From: Christensenella sp. UBA3770
GTDB taxonomy: Bacteria > Bacillota > Clostridia > Christensenellales > CAG-1252
DNA length: 52,087 nucleotides
Assembly: GCA_002371075.1 (NCBI GenBank)
Contig: DFFS01000080.1
Coordinates: forward strand, 1 to 52,087
Reading direction: 5' to 3'
Below are positions 16,723 to 24,608 of the stretch, piece after piece; positions within the stretch are counted from its first letter, which is position 1, and each line of letters opens with the position of its first letter. Made by a program: the position numbers and the translations under genes. Below the pieces are notes generated by a model. That model saw nothing but the letters and a program-made list of their open reading frames with translations. It was not told where the DNA came from and searched no databases.

Positions 16723-17958
16723 ATGTCAGTAAAAATCGAAGAACAGATTTGTTCCTTTTGCGGAAAGCATTCCGACGAAGTGCGTCGAATGATCGGCAGC
16801 AAGACGGGTGCATTCATCTGTGATGAATGTGTGCGTGTTTGCGGCGATATTTTGCGCGGTGAAATGATGGAGAAGCCCGTTTTCAAAGAGGATCAGCTTC
16901 CCACGCCGCGCGAGATCAAGTCCAAGCTGGACGAATATATCGTCGGGCAGGACGAGGCAAAAAAGACCCTCTCGGTTGCCGTTTACAACCACTACAAGAG
17001 GATCAACAAAAAGATGGATCCTTCCGACGGTGTCGTTTTGGAGAAGAGCAACGTGCTTTTGCTTGGTCCCACAGGTAGCGGCAAAACGCTGCTTGCCAAA
17101 ACTTTGGCGGGCATTTTGAACGTGCCGTTTGCCGTTGCGGACGCCACGACCCTTACGGAAGCAGGATACGTCGGCGAAGACGTGGAAAACATCCTGTTGA
17201 AACTCATTCAAGCGGCAAATTACGACATCAAACTTGCCGAGCGCGGCATCGTCTATATCGATGAGATCGACAAGATCTCCCGCAAAGGCGAGAACGTCAG
17301 CATTACGCGCGACGTTAGCGGCGAAGGGGTGCAACAAGCCCTTTTGAAGATCATTGAAAGCACAGTGGCGAGCGTTCCGCCCCAAGGCGGAAGAAAGCAC
17401 CCGCAGCAGGAGTGCTTGCAGATCGACACCACCAACATCTTGTTTATTTGCGGCGGCGCATTCGTCGGGCTTGACAAGATCGTTGACAAACGCAAGGCGA
17501 CTTCCGGCTTGGGCTTTGGCGCTTCCGTTGCCGCCAAGGCGGAGTCGGGCTATGCCGATATGATCAAGGACGTTCAACCGGACGACCTCATCAAGTACGG
17601 TTTGATCCCGGAGTTTGTCGGTAGGGTGCCCATCGTCGTCGGACTCAACGCGCTTGACGAAGCGGCGCTCATCAAAATTTTGACCGAGCCCAAAAACGCC
17701 TTGACAAAACAGTACAAAAAGCTGTTCGGTTTTGATCAGGTGGAGCTTGACTTTGAATCGGATGCGATCAACGAAGTTGCCAAAAAAGCCATTGAGCTCA
17801 AAACGGGCGCGCGTGGGTTGCGTTGCATTCTTGAGGACGTGATGCTTGACGTGATGTACAAGATCCCTGGCTCTTCCGACGTGGAAAAGGTCATCATCAC
17901 CGCCGACGCAATAAAAAAGGTCGCAGCGCCGACCGTCGTTTACAAAAAGACGGCGTAA
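16723..17958 (+). CDS. clpX: ATP-dependent Clp protease ATP-binding subunit ClpX
   Basis: C4 zinc finger CSFCGK...CDEC, Walker A GPTGSGKT, Walker [10 protein letters not shown], and the IGF-like loop LGFG. Confidence 0.97.
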   Translation: MSVKIEEQICSFCGKHSDEVRRMIGSKTGAFICDECVRVCGDILRGEMMEKPVFKEDQLPTPREIKSKLDEYIVGQDEAKKTLSVAVYNHYKRINKKMDPSDGVVLEKSNVLLLGPTGSGKTLLAKTLAGILNVPFAVADATTLTEAGYVGEDVENILLKLIQAANYDIKLAERGIVYIDEIDKISRKGENVSITRDVSGEGVQQALLKIIESTVASVPPQGGRKHPQQECLQIDTTNILFICGGAFVGLDKIVDKRKATSGLGFGASVAAKAESGYADMIKDVQPDDLIKYGLIPEFVGRVPIVVGLNALDEAALIKILTEPKNALTKQYKKLFGFDQVELDFESDAINEVAKKAIELKTGARGLRCILEDVMLDVMYKIPGSSDVEKVIITADAIKKVAAPTVVYKKTA

Positions 17959-17976
17959 TTATTTGGAGTACTTAAG

Positions 17977-20274
17977 ATGAATGAAGAGATTATCCCTTTA
18001 AGCGAGCGTCCCTCACTCAAAGATCTATATCCCGTTTTGGTGGGTTTCACGAAAGCCATTCTTCCCGACACCGACGTCGCGATCAATATGGAAAAGCCCA
18101 TTTTTGACGCGAAATACGCGTCTCTTTTAATCCCCGGAGCAAACTTTGTCACTACCGACCGCCTTCCCGACGGGACTTTGATCGGCACGATGGTGATGAT
18201 CAACCACATCAAAGAGCAAGAAAACGTGATGACTGTCATCGGGCGCTCCTTAATGCGCGTCAAACTGGAGAACGTAGTTCTTTCAGACGACATCCATTAC
18301 GCAAAAGTCATCGCTTATCCCTATGAGAACGATTGCGACGAGGCGTCTCTTTCCGCTTACGCATCCATCATCGGCTCCTCCATATCCCGCTTGGCTTCGG
18401 GGGAGAGCGCCGAAAAGATCTATAAGGAGATCCCGCCGTTTTATTTGCAGGATCCCGATCGTTGGATCAATTCCTTCTCTCCCGCTTTTAAAAACGTCGA
18501 TACAAACCTGATTTTTTACACCGACAAATTGTCCGCTCGTTTGGAACACATCGCGGTGGCTTTGGGCGTTCAGGTGGATCAACACAAGGTCAAGGAAGAG
18601 ATCGAAAAAACGATTCAGGACAACATCGAAAAGAGTCAGCGCGAGTACTATCTGCGTGAAGAACTTAAGGTTATCAACGAGGAGCTTTACGGCAGCGACG
18701 ACGAGCGCGAAAGGTATGAAAATGCCATAAACGAGCTTATCGCTTCCGACGAAGTCAAAGAAAAGCTCAGACGGGAACTCAATAAGATGATGTCCTTGCA
18801 GGCGGGCAGCCCCGAAAGTTTTGTCAGCAAAAACTACATTGACACGGTTTTGGCATTGCCTTGGGGCAAGTACAGCGATGAAAACCGCGATATTCAACGT
18901 GCGCGGGAGATCTTGGACGCCGATCACTACGGCATCAAAGAGGTCAAGGACCGCATCATCGAATATCTTGCCGTGCACAATTTGAGCGAGGGCAACATCA
19001 CGAACATTCTTTGTTTGGTGGGGCCTCCGGGCGTTGGTAAAACCTCCATTGCCGCTTCTATCGCAAGGGCGCTTGGCAGGGAGTACGTGCGCGCAAGTTT
19101 GGGCGGTGTGCACGATGAGGCGGAGATCCGCGGTCACCGTCGCACCTACATCGGCTCGATGCCGGGCAGGATCATTGCCGGCATAAAAAAAGCGGGCACA
19201 TCCAACCCCGTCTTCCTTTTGGATGAGATTGACAAGCTCGGCGCGGATTATAAGGGCGACCCGTCAAACGCGCTGCTTGAAGTGTTGGATCCCGCACAAA
19301 ACTCCACCTATCAGGATCACTACATCGATTTGCCGTTTGATTTGTCAAAGGTCATGTTTATCACCACGGCAAACAGCCTTCAACCGATGTCCAGACCTCT
19401 TTTGGATAGGATGGAGATCATAGAACTCGGCAGCTACCTTTCGGAAGAAAAGCATTTGATCGCCGTCAGGTTTTTGATCCCCAAACAACTTGCGAACTAT
19501 CATCTTTCGGCAGAGCAGGTGACCATCACCGACGCTGCCATCGACAAGGTGATCCGCAACTACACAAGGGAGGCGGGCGTACGCCGCTTGGAGCAGCTTA
19601 TCGGCAAGATCTTGCGCAAAGCCGCCGTGGTCGTTGTGGAAAAGGGTGATAATATCGTTGTGGACGAAAAAGACGTGGAAACCTATCTCGGCGTTGCCAA
19701 ATTCCTTGAAACGGATACCCTCACCAAAGACCGGGTGGGCGTAGTCCACGGGCTTGCTTGGACGGAAAACGGCGGCGAGATGCTTGACGTTGAAAGCGTC
19801 ATTATGAACGGTAAGGATAAAAAGATCGTGACAGGAAACCTCGGCAACGTGATGAAAGAATCCGTTGAGATCGCCTTGTCCAATGCGCGCGCGTTTGCGG
19901 CGGAAAACTTGCATACGGAAGTTGACCTTTCGGAAAAGGATCTTTACGTGCATTTCCCCGATGGTGCCGTTCCCAAGGACGGACCGTCGGCAGGGTGCGC
20001 CATTTCCACGGCGATCCTTTCCGCAATGACGGAAAAACCCGTCAAAGGTAACTACGCCATCACCGGCGAATTGTCGCTTGTCGGTCGAGTGATCCCCATC
20101 GGCGGGGTCAAGGAGAAATGCGTTGCCGCCCTCCGAAACGGCATCAAAAAGGTGATTTTGCCCTTGGAAAACAAAAAGGATATCGCCGACATCCCGGATA
20201 TGCTGCGTGAACAAATAGAGTTTATCTTTGTTGAGAAAATACAAGAAGTTTACAAACTGTTGCTTGGGTTATGA
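17977..20274 (+). CDS. lon: ATP-dependent Lon protease (LonA type)
   Basis: Walker [10 protein letters not shown], Walker B FLLDEIDK and the catalytic serine motif PKDGPSAG. The N-terminal substrate domain is diverged. Confidence 0.93.
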   Translation: MNEEIIPLSERPSLKDLYPVLVGFTKAILPDTDVAINMEKPIFDAKYASLLIPGANFVTTDRLPDGTLIGTMVMINHIKEQENVMTVIGRSLMRVKLENVVLSDDIHYAKVIAYPYENDCDEASLSAYASIIGSSISRLASGESAEKIYKEIPPFYLQDPDRWINSFSPAFKNVDTNLIFYTDKLSARLEHIAVALGVQVDQHKVKEEIEKTIQDNIEKSQREYYLREELKVINEELYGSDDERERYENAINELIASDEVKEKLRRELNKMMSLQAGSPESFVSKNYIDTVLALPWGKYSDENRDIQRAREILDADHYGIKEVKDRIIEYLAVHNLSEGNITNILCLVGPPGVGKTSIAASIARALGREYVRASLGGVHDEAEIRGHRRTYIGSMPGRIIAGIKKAGTSNPVFLLDEIDKLGADYKGDPSNALLEVLDPAQNSTYQDHYIDLPFDLSKVMFITTANSLQPMSRPLLDRMEIIELGSYLSEEKHLIAVRFLIPKQLANYHLSAEQVTITDAAIDKVIRNYTREAGVRRLEQLIGKILRKAAVVVVEKGDNIVVDEKDVETYLGVAKFLETDTLTKDRVGVVHGLAWTENGGEMLDVESVIMNGKDKKIVTGNLGNVMKESVEIALSNARAFAAENLHTEVDLSEKDLYVHFPDGAVPKDGPSAGCAISTAILSAMTEKPVKGNYAITGELSLVGRVIPIGGVKEKCVAALRNGIKKVILPLENKKDIADIPDMLREQIEFIFVEKIQEVYKLLLGL

Positions 20275-20849
20275 TCATAAAGAACGCGGAATACGTGACG
20301 AGCATCGTCACCAAAAAGCTCTTTGAAGGAAATGCGCCCGAGGTTGCCATTGCCGGAAGGTCCAACGTGGGCAAAAGCTCTTTTATCAACATGTTGACCA
20401 ACCGCAAAAAGCTGGCGCGTTCTTCTTCCGAGCCGGGTCGTACCCGCATGTTGAATTACTTTTCGATCAACAATGGGGAACTTTATTTGGTGGATCTGCC
20501 CGGATACGGCTATGCCAAAGTGACGGACAAAGAGCGCGATTCTTGGAAAAAACTCATAGAGTTTTATTTGGAAAAGAGCACGAATTTGCGCTTTGTCTTT
20601 TTGATCGTGGACGTTCGCCACGAGCCGTCCGATCTTGATCTTCAACTTGCCGAATATTTAACTTACTACAACATTCCTTTTGTTATTGTAGCAACCAAAG
20701 CGGATAAGCTTTCAAAGGCTGCCGCCAAATCAGCGGTTTCCGTCGTCGCCAAGTCTTTTAACGTTGTCACCGATGACGTTTTGCTCGTTTCTTCCCTTAC
20801 GGGCGTCGGACGCGACGCGGTACTTGCCGCGCTTTCCTCTCGTATCTGA
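20271..20849 (+). CDS. engB: Ribosome biogenesis GTPase EngB/YsxC
   Basis: G1 GRSNVGKSS, G3 DLPGYG and G4 TKADK. The ATG overlaps the lon stop (ATGA). The lon-ysxC order is as in Bacillus. Confidence 0.93.
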   Translation: MIIKNAEYVTSIVTKKLFEGNAPEVAIAGRSNVGKSSFINMLTNRKKLARSSSEPGRTRMLNYFSINNGELYLVDLPGYGYAKVTDKERDSWKKLIEFYLEKSTNLRFVFLIVDVRHEPSDLDLQLAEYLTYYNIPFVIVATKADKLSKAAAKSAVSVVAKSFNVVTDDVLLVSSLTGVGRDAVLAALSSRI

Positions 20850-20910
20850 AGCACTTTTTATAAGCCTCCCATCATATATTTCAGTAGTGATTATCAAAGG
20901 AGGTAATTTT

Positions 20911-21543
20911 ATGTCATTTTCTAATAACGTTCGTCCCGACCGTATGCCGGGGCCCATTGTCGGAAATGCGGCGAACGGTCTTTGCGAAAAGGTTTGTATC
21001 GAAGTTAAAAAAGTCTTTGATGCGTGTATCAAGCAGGAAACTTTGACGGATCAAAGTCTTACGTTGGAAAGCACGACTCCCGCAGACGTGACGGAACCCT
21101 TTACGTTTGTCGGGGCAAGGAGTGCGTCCTCCGTCGGGACCATCAGCGACTTGACCGTGACCCCCACGACGGAGACGCCGGGATGCAGCAGGGTGCAATG
21201 CAACGTTGCCATTCCGATGCAGGTGAGCTTTACCGACGCAAACGGCGTGCAGGCGGTCGGTACGGGGACTTTGACCCTTGCAAGAGACGTGATCTTGCGT
21301 GTCCCCGAGCCCTCTGTAATTCCGTACGAGATCGTTGCGGTCGTAAACGCGGTTTCCGCCGAGGGAAGCTATGCAAGCGACGGAACTTTTACCATAACGC
21401 TTTGCGTTACCGTCATCTTAAAGGTGGTCATGGACGTCGAACTCTTGGTGCCGTCTTACGGCTATTGCTACATACCCCCTTGTCAGGAGTATCAGGAGGA
21501 GATCTGCGAAGGGTTCTTCGATCTGCCGCTTTTCCCGAGATAA
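20911..21543 (+). CDS. Hypothetical protein, Thr/Val-rich beta-type core framed by Cys-containing termini
   Basis: Strong AAAGGAGG SD 6 nt before ATG 20911; the ORF-track start 20764 overlaps engB. 210 aa beginning MSFSNNVRPDRMPGPIVGNAANGLCEKVCIEVKKVFDACIKQ and ending YGYCYIPPCQEYQEEICEGFFDLPLFPR. Confidence 0.55.
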   Translation: MSFSNNVRPDRMPGPIVGNAANGLCEKVCIEVKKVFDACIKQETLTDQSLTLESTTPADVTEPFTFVGARSASSVGTISDLTVTPTTETPGCSRVQCNVAIPMQVSFTDANGVQAVGTGTLTLARDVILRVPEPSVIPYEIVAVVNAVSAEGSYASDGTFTITLCVTVILKVVMDVELLVPSYGYCYIPPCQEYQEEICEGFFDLPLFPR

Positions 21544-21548
21544 ATGGC

Positions 21549-21600
21549 AACATAACCCGCGTTCGTGTCAAAATCCTTGAAAACGTGCGCGGGTTATGTT
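21549..21600. repeat. Perfect 13-bp inverted repeat with a 26-nt spacer (AACATAACCCGCG ... CGCGGGTTATGTT)
   Basis: Left arm 21549-21561 and right arm 21588-21600. No U-tract follows. The spacer contains the -35 of the downstream promoter. Confidence 0.8.
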
Positions 21601-21605
21601 AGTAT
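21577..21605 (+). promoter_or_regulatory. Sigma-A-type promoter of the metallophosphoesterase gene (TTGAAA-17-TGtTAGTAT); the -10 ends 6 nt before the ATG
   Basis: TTGAAA 21577-21582, 17-nt spacer ending in TGT, TAGTAT 21600-21605, ATAACT, then ATG 21612. Confidence 0.55.
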
Positions 21606-21611
21606 ATAACT

Positions 21612-22295
21612 ATGATTTTTTCCATCTCGGACCTGCACCTCGGAACTTGCGTGGACAAGCCTATGGACGTCTTCGGCAAGAAGTGGGAAGGGCATTTTGA
21701 AAAGATTAAACAGGATTGGCTGCAAAAGGTCGGGGAAGAGGACGTTGTTCTTCTTGCCGGAGATCTTTCGTGGGCAATGACTTTGGAAGACGTAAAAAAG
21801 GATCTTGCAATGCTTGCCGAACTTCCCGGAAAAAAAGTTCTTTTAAAGGGCAATCACGATTATTGGTGGCAATCCATCTCCAAAGTCAGGTCCATTCTTC
21901 CCGAGGGCTTTTTTGCTTTGCAAAACGACGTTTTGCGCATCGGAAAATACTTGATCTGCGGCAGCCGCGGCTGGCTGGCAGACTCCGACATGGAAGAAGA
22001 TAAAAAGATTTATGCAAGAGAGCTGATCCGCTTGGAGCTTTCTCTTTCCGCAATGAGCAAGGAGCGAAAGGAGGGCGACGTTGTCGTCGGCATGACGCAT
22101 TATCCGCCCTTTGACGTCTCCTTGTCGCCATCGCCCGTGACGGAGCTTTTTGCAAAGTATGAAGTCCCCATGGCGGTGTACGGTCATTTGCACGGCAACG
22201 TTTATGCCAAAAAGAAAGTTTATTTAAGCGGGACGGATTACTTTTTGACCAGTTGCGACCTCGTCGATTTTTCGCTTGTGACGGTTTCCGATTGA
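21612..22295 (+). CDS. Metallophosphoesterase family protein
   Basis: Calcineurin-like motifs ISDLHLG (DxH), AGDLSW (GD), KGNHDYWW (GNHD/E) and YGHLHG (GH). Confidence 0.8.
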   Translation: MIFSISDLHLGTCVDKPMDVFGKKWEGHFEKIKQDWLQKVGEEDVVLLAGDLSWAMTLEDVKKDLAMLAELPGKKVLLKGNHDYWWQSISKVRSILPEGFFALQNDVLRIGKYLICGSRGWLADSDMEEDKKIYARELIRLELSLSAMSKERKEGDVVVGMTHYPPFDVSLSPSPVTELFAKYEVPMAVYGHLHGNVYAKKKVYLSGTDYFLTSCDLVDFSLVTVSD

Positions 22296-22356
22296 CCCGC
22301 CACTTTTATCCACTTTAACGGGCAAAAACGGTTTTTACCCCCGATAGGGGGCATCC

Positions 22357-22385
22357 GGGAGGGGGTATCCCTCCTGTTTTTTTTG
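22357..22385 (+). terminator. Rho-independent terminator after the metallophosphoesterase gene
   Basis: GGAGGG (22358-22363) pairs with CCCTCC (22369-22374), followed by TG and a T-run (22377-22384). A second small hairpin CCCCC/GGGGG lies just upstream. Confidence 0.7.
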
Positions 22386-22436
22386 TCCGTTTTTGTAATT
22401 TTCGAAAAAAATATCCACCGATATCCACCATTGAAA

Positions 22437-22484
22437 CCACAATATATTGTGTTTTTCAATAAAAGCAACCACAATATATCTTTT
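22437..22484. promoter_or_regulatory. Two NrdR-box-like operators, 32 bp centre to centre
   Basis: Box 1 CCACAATATATTGTGT (22437-22452) has a perfect palindromic core CACAATATATTGTG. Box 2 is CCACAATATATCTTTT (22469-22484). Compared from memory with the NrdR-box consensus acaCwAtATaTwGtgt. Confidence 0.55.
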
Positions 22485-22515
22485 TATAAAAAATAATTTG
22501 AAAAATTTTAAAAAA

Positions 22516-22549
22516 AGAGTGGACGAAAGTGGCTAAAAAGTGATATGAT
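22516..22549 (+). promoter_or_regulatory. dcw promoter (extended -10 TGaTATGAT) overlapped by three MraZ-type direct repeats
   Basis: AGAGTGGA, AAAGTGGC and AAAGTGAT have their GTG(G) cores at 22519, 22529 and 22540 (10-11 bp phasing). TG is at 22541-22542 and TATGAT at 22544-22549. Confidence 0.6.
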
Positions 22550-22571
22550 ATGGACAAGGAGGTATGGTCAC

Positions 22572-22997
22572 TTGAGAAAATTCATCGGCGGCACATATAA
22601 ATACCAAATCGACGCGAAGGGCAGAGTAAGGATCCCCGCGAAGATCAAATCGCTTCTTGGCGATAATCTTTGGATCACCATCGGCGATCAGGAGAATTTG
22701 GTCATTTATACCGAAGAGATGATGGATCAGATCTACGACAAATACGCTCGTATGGAAGTGACCGACCCCGAATACGTCAAGCAACGTTACATCTTTGCAA
22801 ACATGTTCCAATTTGTCTGTGACAGCCAAGACAGATATCAGATCCCGCAGATCCTGCGCGAGACGCTTGGCTTAAAGGACGAGGCGCTCTTTATCGGTAT
22901 GGCAAACAAGCTTGAGATCTGGAGAGAGGACGTGTATTACGAGACGCTTGCAAAAGACAATCCCAACAAGACCATCAGACGTTTAGAGAGGAAATAA
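22572..22997 (+). CDS. mraZ: Transcriptional regulator MraZ
   Basis: Two MraZ/SpoVT-AbrB repeats (YQIDAKGRVRIPAKI and DSQDRYQIPQILRE). TTG 22572 sits 8-9 nt after the GGAGG at 22559-22563. The ATG at 22545 in the ORF track lies inside the predicted -10 box. Confidence 0.88.
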   Translation: MRKFIGGTYKYQIDAKGRVRIPAKIKSLLGDNLWITIGDQENLVIYTEEMMDQIYDKYARMEVTDPEYVKQRYIFANMFQFVCDSQDRYQIPQILRETLGLKDEALFIGMANKLEIWREDVYYETLAKDNPNKTIRRLERK

Positions 22998-23942
22998 ATG
23001 AGCGACTTCCGTCACGTTCCGGTGATGCTTCAAGAAGTGATCGAGGGGCTTCGGATAAAGCCGGAAGGGCGCTACCTGGATTGCACCCTCGGCGGAGGGG
23101 GGCACAGTGCCGAGATCTTAAAAAGGCTGCAGGGCGGAAAGCTCTATGCGGTAGACAAAGATCAAGACGCATTGAACTTTGCAAAAAACAGGCTGGGAAA
23201 TGCGCCGACGTTCATTCATTCCGATTTTAAAGACGCGATAGCGTCTTGGAACGAAGAGCGGTTGGACGGCATACTGATGGACCTTGGCGTTTCCTCCTAT
23301 CAGCTGGACACGCCGGAAAGAGGGTTCTCCTATCGCTTCGATGCGCCGCTTGACATGCGTATGGATGGCGAAGCTGCCTTGACGGCAAGCACGGTGGTCA
23401 ACGAGTATTCGCAAAAACAGCTGACGGACATCCTGTTTCAATACGGTGAAGAGCCCTTTGCGAAAAAGATCGCGGCGAACATCGTAAAAGAAAGGGAGAT
23501 CGCTCCCATAAAAAGCACGCTGGAACTGGTGCGGATCATTGAAAAAAGCATTCCGCCCAAAGTCAGATTTAACGGATCACATCCGGCAAAACGCGTCTTT
23601 CAGGCAATTCGCATCGAAGTCAACGGAGAGCTTTCGGGGCTGTACGAAGCGGTGCTTGGCGCGATAAAACTGTTAAAACCGGGCGGCAGGATCGCGGTCA
23701 TCACGTTCCATTCGTTGGAAGACCGCATCGTAAAACAAGCCTTCAAATACGCAGAACTCGATTGCATCTGCCCGCCTCGTTCTCCGATCTGCACCTGCGA
23801 CAAGGTCAGCGAGATCGAGATCATAACAAAAAAGCCGATCCTTCCTTCTCTTGCAGAGATGGAACAAAACCCAAGATCCAAGAGCGCAAAACTCAGGATC
23901 GCACAAAAAAAGGAATATATTAAAAAGGAGAGAATACAATGA
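22998..23942 (+). CDS. rsmH: 16S rRNA (cytosine1402-N4)-methyltransferase RsmH
   Basis: HVPVML, DCTLGGGGHS, DLGVSSYQLD and FHSLEDRIVK motifs. Confidence 0.95.
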   Translation: MSDFRHVPVMLQEVIEGLRIKPEGRYLDCTLGGGGHSAEILKRLQGGKLYAVDKDQDALNFAKNRLGNAPTFIHSDFKDAIASWNEERLDGILMDLGVSSYQLDTPERGFSYRFDAPLDMRMDGEAALTASTVVNEYSQKQLTDILFQYGEEPFAKKIAANIVKEREIAPIKSTLELVRIIEKSIPPKVRFNGSHPAKRVFQAIRIEVNGELSGLYEAVLGAIKLLKPGGRIAVITFHSLEDRIVKQAFKYAELDCICPPRSPICTCDKVSEIEIITKKPILPSLAEMEQNPRSKSAKLRIAQKKEYIKKERIQ

Positions 23943-24601
23943 TGGTGAGCGAACGTGAAAGAACCGCATACGGTGCCGAATACGATTACGCTTCTTTGCG
24001 TAGCGATCGTTATGCTCGTTATGATTACGACAGGTCTTATGAAGAAGAGCGCAACCGCACTTCTCAGTCTTATCGTGATTCCTTGATGGATTCTCTCGAA
24101 AGACCCGCAAACAGAAGTCGCTTGGAAAGGGCGGATGAAAACCGTTACGGTTTTTATATGCAAAACATCAATGCGGGCGAAAACAATTACGACAAGTTTT
24201 GGGACGCTAAGCAGAACAAGCAGCAACCCGAGCAAAACAAAACCCACAACAAGCGCTTGGCTTTTTTGGTCACGTATATAGTGATCGCGGTCGTTGCGCT
24301 GGTTGCCGTAACCCTATCCGTGGTGGGACTCGGCGATAAAACCACGACGATCGTTTCCAAGAAGGTGGAAACGGAAACGTTGACGGCAAACGCCGAAACG
24401 GATAACGTGATCCTTGCCGGCATCGCAGCGTCCGAGCAAGAGCAGGAAGAGGCGTCTTTCGGCGGCGGTGAGAACTACATCATGTTAAAGAGCGGCGAAG
24501 TGGTGGCTGTGGAAGCCCCGCAAAGAGCTCAGGAAGCCAAAGAGGAAGAAGGAGGTTTCGACAAGTTCTGCAACTGGTTGAACAACGTTTTCGGAGGCTG
24601 A
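23939..24601 (+). CDS. Single-pass membrane protein in the FtsL position of the dcw cluster (not recognisably FtsL)
   Basis: 220 aa. The Arg/Asp/Tyr/Glu-rich N-terminal half is about 110 aa, followed by one TM (LAFLVTYIVIAVVALVAVTLSVVGL) and an acidic C-terminal part. Start is coupled to the rsmH stop (ATGA) and preceded by a GGAGAG SD. Confidence 0.6.
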   Translation: MMVSERERTAYGAEYDYASLRSDRYARYDYDRSYEEERNRTSQSYRDSLMDSLERPANRSRLERADENRYGFYMQNINAGENNYDKFWDAKQNKQQPEQNKTHNKRLAFLVTYIVIAVVALVAVTLSVVGLGDKTTTIVSKKVETETLTANAETDNVILAGIAASEQEQEEASFGGGENYIMLKSGEVVAVEAPQRAQEAKEEEGGFDKFCNWLNNVFGG

Positions 24602-24608
24602 TAGCGAC

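Noticed and set aside
16051-20244. Several 190-300-aa minus-strand ORFs (16051-16629, 16726-17577, 18283-19137, 19345-20244) across clpP, clpX and lon
   Set aside because: All are antisense to highly conserved protease and ATPase genes, and none has SD or promoter signals or motifs.
21024-21602. 192-aa alternative-frame + ORF overlapping the 20911-21543 hypothetical gene
   Set aside because: The product is Arg/Gly/Cys-rich low complexity with no SD. The 20911 frame has a strong AAAGGAGG SD and protein-like composition.
22238-22474. 78-aa minus-strand ORF in the metallophosphoesterase-mraZ intergenic region, as a possible target of the NrdR boxes
   Set aside because: It overlaps the 3' end and terminator of the + strand gene. 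It has no SD, and the product looks random. The region is better explained as regulatory DNA.
22545-22571. ATG 22545 as the mraZ start (longest ORF)
   Set aside because: It lies within the predicted extended -10 (TGaTATGAT) and has no SD. GGAGG at 22559-22563 serves the in-frame TTG 22572, which gives a canonical-length MraZ N-terminus.
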